DNA of 32,000 nt from Isorropodon fossajaponicum endosymbiont JTNG4 (GTDB lineage: Bacteria > Pseudomonadota > Gammaproteobacteria > PS1 > Pseudothioglobaceae), in NCBI RefSeq assembly GCF_016592615.1, contig NZ_AP013043.1, forward strand, positions 90,001-122,000. Direction: 5' to 3'. Within the stretch, counting starts at the first letter, position 1, and every line of letters starts with the position of its first letter. Both the position numbers and the translations under genes were made by a program. Under the pieces are notes generated by a model, which was given only the letters and a program-made list of their open reading frames with translations, made no database searches and was not told the DNA's origin. Positions 27,730-32,000 of the stretch are shown here, piece by piece.

Positions 27730-28263
27730 GTGTCTAAAAGATGGTATGTGCTTCATGTAAGAAGTGGTTTTGAAGCGAAAGTTAAGATTGCAATTGAAGA
27801 GTCTGTTACTAGAGAAGGTCTTGAAGATTTAGTAGGCGAGGTTTTGGTGCCGACTGAGCAAGTTGTTGAGTTAAAAGATGGGCAGAAAAAAACGGCCGAA
27901 CGTAAATTTTTCCCAGGCTATATGTTGGTGAATATGGAACTGACTGAACCCAGTTGGTTGCTAGTTAAAAATACCAATAATGTGATTGGTTTTATTGGCG
28001 GCTCATCAGGTAAACCTTCCCCAATTATGCAGCGTGAAGTTGATAAAATTCTTGCACGTGTGCAAGAAGGTGCTGACAAGCCTAAGCCTAAAGTGGCTTA
28101 TCAACCAGGTGAAGAAATTTTAGTTATCGATGGGCCGTTTAATGAATTTAATGGCTTGGTTCAAGCGGTTGATTACGAAAAGAATTTATTGAAAGTAGAG
28201 GTGCTAATTTTTGGCCGTTCTACTTCAGTAGAATTGGAATTCTCGCAAGTAGAGAAGACTTAA
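27730..28263 (+). CDS. nusG: transcription termination/antitermination factor NusG
   Basis: 177 aa, GTG start. KRWYVLHVRSGFE, FPGYMLV, and KOW motif GEEILVIDGPFNEFNG. Confidence 0.95.
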   Translation: MSKRWYVLHVRSGFEAKVKIAIEESVTREGLEDLVGEVLVPTEQVVELKDGQKKTAERKFFPGYMLVNMELTEPSWLLVKNTNNVIGFIGGSSGKPSPIMQREVDKILARVQEGADKPKPKVAYQPGEEILVIDGPFNEFNGLVQAVDYEKNLLKVEVLIFGRSTSVELEFSQVEKT

Positions 28264-28352
28264 AGATAAACGACTTTTAAAGTTGTGATTTAACAGGGGA
28301 GTCCTAATCGGCGTTTGTACCCAAAACGAGGCAAAGTCCTCAAGGAAGAAAA

Positions 28353-28781
28353 ATGGCTAAAAAAATTGAATCCTATATTAAGCTTCAAGTGGCTGCACAA
28401 GAAGCAAATCCATCACCACCTGTAGGTCCTGCATTGGGTCAGCATGGTGTTAATATTATGGAATTTTGCAAAGCATTTAACGCAAAAACTCAAGATATTG
28501 ACAAAGGCATGAAAGTACCTGTTGTGATCACAGTTTATAGCGATCGTAGTTTTACCTTTGTAACCAAAACACCACCAGCAGCTTTGTTAATCCTAAAAGT
28601 AACGGGTATTAAAAAAGGTAGTGGTGTTCCTCATCTAGATAAAGTGGGCAATATTACTCGTGCTCAATTAGAAGAAGTGGCTAGTATGAAGATGAAAGAT
28701 TTGAACGCAAATGACATGGGTGCAGCAGTGAATATTATTGCTGGTACAGCTAGGTCAATGGGTATTACGGTGGGGGGTTAG
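28353..28781 (+). CDS. rplK: 50S ribosomal protein L11
   Basis: 142 aa. [24 protein letters not shown]. Confidence 0.97.
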   Translation: MAKKIESYIKLQVAAQEANPSPPVGPALGQHGVNIMEFCKAFNAKTQDIDKGMKVPVVITVYSDRSFTFVTKTPPAALLILKVTGIKKGSGVPHLDKVGNITRAQLEEVASMKMKDLNANDMGAAVNIIAGTARSMGITVGG

Positions 28782-28784
28782 CAA

Positions 28785-29480
28785 GTGGCTAAATTAACAA
28801 AAAAACAAAAAGATATTTCAGCCAAGGTTGAGTCTAACAAGCGTTATTCAATCAATGATGCACTAAATTTATTAAAAGAATGTGCAACAGCAAAATTTGA
28901 TGAATCTATTGATGTGGGTATTAATTTAGGTATTGATGCTAAGAAATCTGACCAAAATGTTCGTGGCGCAGTCGTGCTTCCAAATGGTACGGGTAAAACA
29001 GTTCGTGTTGCTGTGTTCACTCAAGGTGATAACGTGGCTAAGGCGCAAGATGCTGGTGCAGACGTTGTTGGCATGGAAGATTTAATGAAATCTATGCAAG
29101 ATGGTGGTTTAAACTATGATGTGGTGATTGCATCTCCAGATGCTATGGGTGTTGTGGGTCGTCTAGGTCAAGTGTTAGGTCCTCGTGGCTTAATGCCTAA
29201 CCCTAAAGTTGGTACAGTAACACTAGATGTTGCAACCGCTGTTAATAATGCTAAAGCAGGTCAAGTGCGTTATCGTGCTGACAAGGCTGGTATTGTTCAT
29301 GGTTGCGTTGGCAGGGCGTCATTTGATGCAAGTGCACTAGCACAAAATATTAATGCTTTAATGGAGGCACTTAAAAAGGCAAAACCTAGTTCAACCAAGG
29401 GTATTTATTTTAAAAAATTAAGTATTTCTTCGACCATGGGGCCAGGACTTAGCGTTGATTTAGCAAGCGTAGATATTTAA
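28785..29480 (+). CDS. rplA: 50S ribosomal protein L1
   Basis: 231 aa, GTG start. [23 protein letters not shown]. Confidence 0.97.
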   Translation: MAKLTKKQKDISAKVESNKRYSINDALNLLKECATAKFDESIDVGINLGIDAKKSDQNVRGAVVLPNGTGKTVRVAVFTQGDNVAKAQDAGADVVGMEDLMKSMQDGGLNYDVVIASPDAMGVVGRLGQVLGPRGLMPNPKVGTVTLDVATAVNNAKAGQVRYRADKAGIVHGCVGRASFDASALAQNINALMEALKKAKPSSTKGIYFKKLSISSTMGPGLSVDLASVDI

Positions 29481-29493
29481 GTTTTATTAAAAG

Positions 29494-29521
29494 AGACCTT
29501 TATATAATTATATAAAGGTCT
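29494..29521. repeat. perfect 28-nt palindrome (possible terminator or attenuator hairpin) between rplA and rplJ
   Basis: AGACCTTTATATAA|TTATATAAAGGTCT, exact reverse complement, flanked by T/A runs. Confidence 0.5.
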
Positions 29522-29529
29522 TTAAAAAA

Positions 29530-29712
29530 ATTCTTTGGGTCGCAAGATTTATCTTGCATGACCTCAAAGACCATAGGTGCAAACATATCTTCTGGTATAT
29601 TCGTTTAATTGATTGATTTTTTCAATCTGCCTATGTAGAGGGTATGCAAATACTCTATGGCGAAAGTTATCAAAAGATGACTTTCTTTTTTAAATTGTTC
29701 AGGGAGGGGTAA
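29530..29712 (+). promoter_or_regulatory. rplJ 5' leader (expected L10-L12 autoregulatory region)
   Basis: Call is mainly positional: a 230-nt untranslated gap before rplJ, as in other Gammaproteobacteria. Local hairpin GGTC-GCAAGA-TTTA-TCTTGC-at-GACC near 29537..29560. RBS GGGAGGGG before the ATG. Confidence 0.35.
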
Positions 29713-30237
29713 ATGGCTCTAAATCTGATGGCAAAAAAGGCAGTTGTCGAACAAGTAAACTCACTTGCAAAAGTGTCAGTGTCTGTTGGCGTTGCTGAGT
29801 ATCGCGGATTGACAGTTGAACAAATGACTAATTTACGTTCAAGTGCGCTTGATGCTGATGTAACTTTACGTGTTGTAAAGAACTCACTAGCAAAAAGAGC
29901 ATTGATAAAGACAAAATGCGAATGTGTATTGCCGGTTCTTAGCGGACCCGTTATTTTGGGTTTTTCACAAGAAGATCCAGGTGCAGTAGCACGAGTATTC
30001 AAAAATTTTATTAAAGAGAATGAAGATTTAGTCGTTAAAGGTTTGGGCGTTTCGGGTGAATTTGTAGAATCAAATCAGCTTCAACGCATTGCAGACTTAC
30101 CAACTAAAGATCAAGCAATTGGTATCACAATGGCGTTAATGTTAGCACCAGTTGAGAAACTAGTTAGGACCTTAATTGAGGTGCCAACTAAGGCGACTCG
30201 AGTAGTGGCAGCAGTTCGCGATCAAAAACGATCATAA
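29713..30237 (+). CDS. rplJ: 50S ribosomal protein L10
   Basis: 174 aa. [27 protein letters not shown]. Confidence 0.95.
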   Translation: MALNLMAKKAVVEQVNSLAKVSVSVGVAEYRGLTVEQMTNLRSSALDADVTLRVVKNSLAKRALIKTKCECVLPVLSGPVILGFSQEDPGAVARVFKNFIKENEDLVVKGLGVSGEFVESNQLQRIADLPTKDQAIGITMALMLAPVEKLVRTLIEVPTKATRVVAAVRDQKRS

Positions 30238-30259
30238 ATAAATAAAAGGAGTAAATATC

Positions 30260-30637
30260 ATGGCTAAATTAACCAATGAAGATATTTTAAATGCAATTGC
30301 CGATATGTCGGTAATGAATGTTGTTGAATTAGTATCAGCAATGGAAGAAAAGTTTGGTGTAAGTGCAGCAGCAGTTGTAGCGGCACCAGTGGCAGCAGTA
30401 GATGCAGGTGAGACAACAGTTGAGAAAGATGAGTTTGATGTTATGTTAACTTCATTTGGCGAGAAAAAAGTTGCTGTTATTAAGGCAGTTCGTAGTATTA
30501 TTGGACTGGGTCTTAAGGAAGCCAAAGACATGGTTGAGTCTGCGCCAGTAGCAATCAAAGAGGGTGCGTCTAAAGCAGAAGCTGAAGACATCCAAAAGCA
30601 GCTTGAAGAAGCTGGTGCTAGCGTAGAACTAAAATAA
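30260..30637 (+). CDS. rplL: 50S ribosomal protein L7/L12
   Basis: 125 aa. Ala-rich hinge, [24 protein letters not shown]. Confidence 0.97.
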   Translation: MAKLTNEDILNAIADMSVMNVVELVSAMEEKFGVSAAAVVAAPVAAVDAGETTVEKDEFDVMLTSFGEKKVAVIKAVRSIIGLGLKEAKDMVESAPVAIKEGASKAEAEDIQKQLEEAGASVELK

Positions 30638-30654
30638 TTAGTTAAACGCAAAAA

Positions 30655-30693
30655 CCTAGAATCCCCGACAAGGGGATTCTAGGTGTTTAATTT
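30655..30693 (+). terminator. rplL-rpoB intergenic hairpin (attenuator/terminator)
   Basis: CCTAGAATCCCC-GACA-GGGGATTCTAGG (12-bp stem) followed by TGTTTAATTT. A partial terminator is known at this position in E. coli. Confidence 0.65.
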
Positions 30694-30765
30694 GTACACT
30701 AAATTAAAGTACAAACTCAATGAGAAATTTTTTATATAACACGATCGACTCAATACGAGGTATTC

Positions 30766-32000
30766 ATGGCTTATTCATTCACCGAAAAAAAGCGAATTAG
30801 AAATAACTTTGGTTCTAGAGAATCAATTTTGACCGAACCGGATTTACTAGCAATCCAAATTGACTCATTTAACAGTTTTATCCAAGCGGGTAGCAAAACC
30901 AAACAAGATGTTGGTTTGCATGCTGTTTTTCAATCGGTATTCCCGATTACTGCGGTTAATGGCTATGCACAAATTGAGTATGCTGATTATGAATTACAAG
31001 AACCTAAATTTAATGTTGAAGAGTGTAAATTACGTGGTGTAACGTTTGCGTCGACATTGCGTGTTAAATTAAATCTGGTTCTATTTGATAAAAACGGCTC
31101 AACTTTGAAGAAAAAACGCAAAGTTAAGCAAATTATTGAAGAAGATGTTTATTTAGGGCAATTGCCACTAATGACTGAAACGGGTACCTTTGTTATTAAT
31201 GGTACTGAACGTGTTGTTGTGTCTCAACTGCACAGATCTCCTGGTGTTATTTTTGAACACGATAAGGGTAAGACACACTCTTCAGGTAAGATTTTGTTCT
31301 CTTCACGTATTATTCCTTACCGTGGTTCATGGTTGGATTTTGAATATGACCATCACGAGCATTTGTATGTTCGAATTGACAGGCGTAGAAAATTACCAGT
31401 TACCACATTATTGCGCGCTATGGGTCTAAGTAGTGAAGGTATTCTTGAAGCCTTTTTTGAAAAAACTACTGTTAAATTAAAAGCTAAATCATGTGATTTA
31501 AGTATGGCACCGATTCGTCTGCAACGCACAATTGCAGAATTTGATATTGTTGCTAATCAAGATGTGGTGGTTGAGAAAGGTCGTAGAATCACTGCTAAGC
31601 ATGTTAAGTTGCTAGAAAAAGCAGGTGTTAAATCAATCAATGCACCACTAGAGTATTTACTTGATAAGGTAATCTGCGCTGATATTATTGATAAAGACAC
31701 TGGCGAAATTTTAATATCAGCCAATACTGTTATTTCTGAAGAAGTATCGGCGTTATTAAACACCAATAAAGTTAAAAAAATAGAGATTCTTTATATTAAT
31801 GCCTCTGAAACAGGCGCTTACATTTCAGATACATTGCGTTTAGATGAAACGCAAACTGAGATTGAAGCTCGTATGTCTATTTATCATGTAATGCGCCCAG
31901 GTGAGCCTGCCACTGAAGATGCGGTTAATCTATTATTTAACAACTTATTTTTCAAAAACGACCGCTACGATTTATCAAAAGTCGGCCGTATGAAGCTTAA
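30766..32000 (+). CDS. rpoB: DNA-directed RNA polymerase beta subunit, 5' part (continues past window)
   Basis: Not in the ORF track because there is no stop in the window. ATG at 30766 reads MAYSFTEKKRIRNNFG...GTFVINGTERVVVSQLHRSPGVIFEHDKGKTHSSGK...IIPYRGSWLDFE...VRIDRRRKLP, colinear with E. coli RpoB. Confidence 0.95.
   Translation, partial: MAYSFTEKKRIRNNFGSRESILTEPDLLAIQIDSFNSFIQAGSKTKQDVGLHAVFQSVFPITAVNGYAQIEYADYELQEPKFNVEECKLRGVTFASTLRVKLNLVLFDKNGSTLKKKRKVKQIIEEDVYLGQLPLMTETGTFVINGTERVVVSQLHRSPGVIFEHDKGKTHSSGKILFSSRIIPYRGSWLDFEYDHHEHLYVRIDRRRKLPVTTLLRAMGLSSEGILEAFFEKTTVKLKAKSCDLSMAPIRLQRTIAEFDIVANQDVVVEKGRRITAKHVKLLEKAGVKSINAPLEYLLDKVICADIIDKDTGEILISANTVISEEVSALLNTNKVKKIEILYINASETGAYISDTLRLDETQTEIEARMSIYHVMRPGEPATEDAVNLLFNNLFFKNDRYDLSKVGRMKL

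Noticed and set aside
30232-30651. 139-aa ORF fully antisense to rplL. Similar antisense ORFs: 29670..30002 (rplJ), 26386..26841 (tuf), 2260..2469 (recG), several inside gltB (9682..9888, 10444..10638, 11377..11709, 12154..12345) and mfd (15414..15740, 16280..16505, 16671..16937).
   Set aside because: These are shadow ORFs on the opposite strand of highly conserved genes. They are Ser/Thr/Ala/Pro-rich and low-complexity, with no RBS context and no recognisable motifs.
1-32000. Searched by eye for CRISPR arrays, long tandem repeats, rRNA, integrase or attachment-site signatures, and intact defence or toxin-antitoxin modules.
   Set aside because: None seen. The only repeats are the IS inverted repeats, short homopolymer and TA runs, and the hairpins listed above.

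Overview
AT-rich (roughly mid-30s % GC by eye) gammaproteobacterial chromosome. All homology calls come from reading the supplied translations and my own re-translation of inter-ORF DNA, with no searches run. Lesion positions are good to a few nt. The ORF track writes GTG/TTG starts as M.

The window has three kinds of content.

(1) Intact housekeeping genes:
- minus strand, 0.1-4.5 kb: trpG/pabA, cmoA, ubiC, recG, ridA
- 7.3-18 kb: comF, yaaA, gltB, folA, maf, mfd
- 24.4 kb: maeB

(2) The canonical cluster at 25.6-32 kb: tRNA-Tyr, tRNA-Gly, tRNA-Thr, tuf, tRNA-Trp, secE, nusG, rplK, rplA, rplJ, rplL, and the 5' part of rpoB. It has a good sigma70-like promoter and two clear hairpin terminators or attenuators.

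(3) Two decayed or accessory patches:
- Patch A (4.6-7.3 kb) holds a 1181-bp IS3-family element with recognisable TG...CA inverted repeats but an inactivated transposase. It abuts a frameshifted, 3'-truncated IS256-family transposase relic. An orphan lipoprotein gene, a tiny Cys-containing ORF and a degraded XRE-type HTH gene follow.
- Patch B (18.2-24.3 kb) is an uninterrupted run of pseudogenes. In order: fabB, lnt, a frameshifted small membrane-anchored ORF, the N-terminal ~395 codons of a signal-peptide-bearing Tc/Rhs-type toxin (SpvB, TcdB-mid-N and FG-GAP regions), a scrambled second IS3-family relic, and the 3' part of a Bacillus/Bacteroides-type frdA plus frdB.

I did not find an intact, novel multi-gene system. 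The most interesting content is this gene-decay tract and the toxin relic. Together they resemble ongoing reductive evolution in a host-restricted, possibly chemosynthetic-symbiont-like, lineage. That taxonomic idea is speculation from composition and gene content only.
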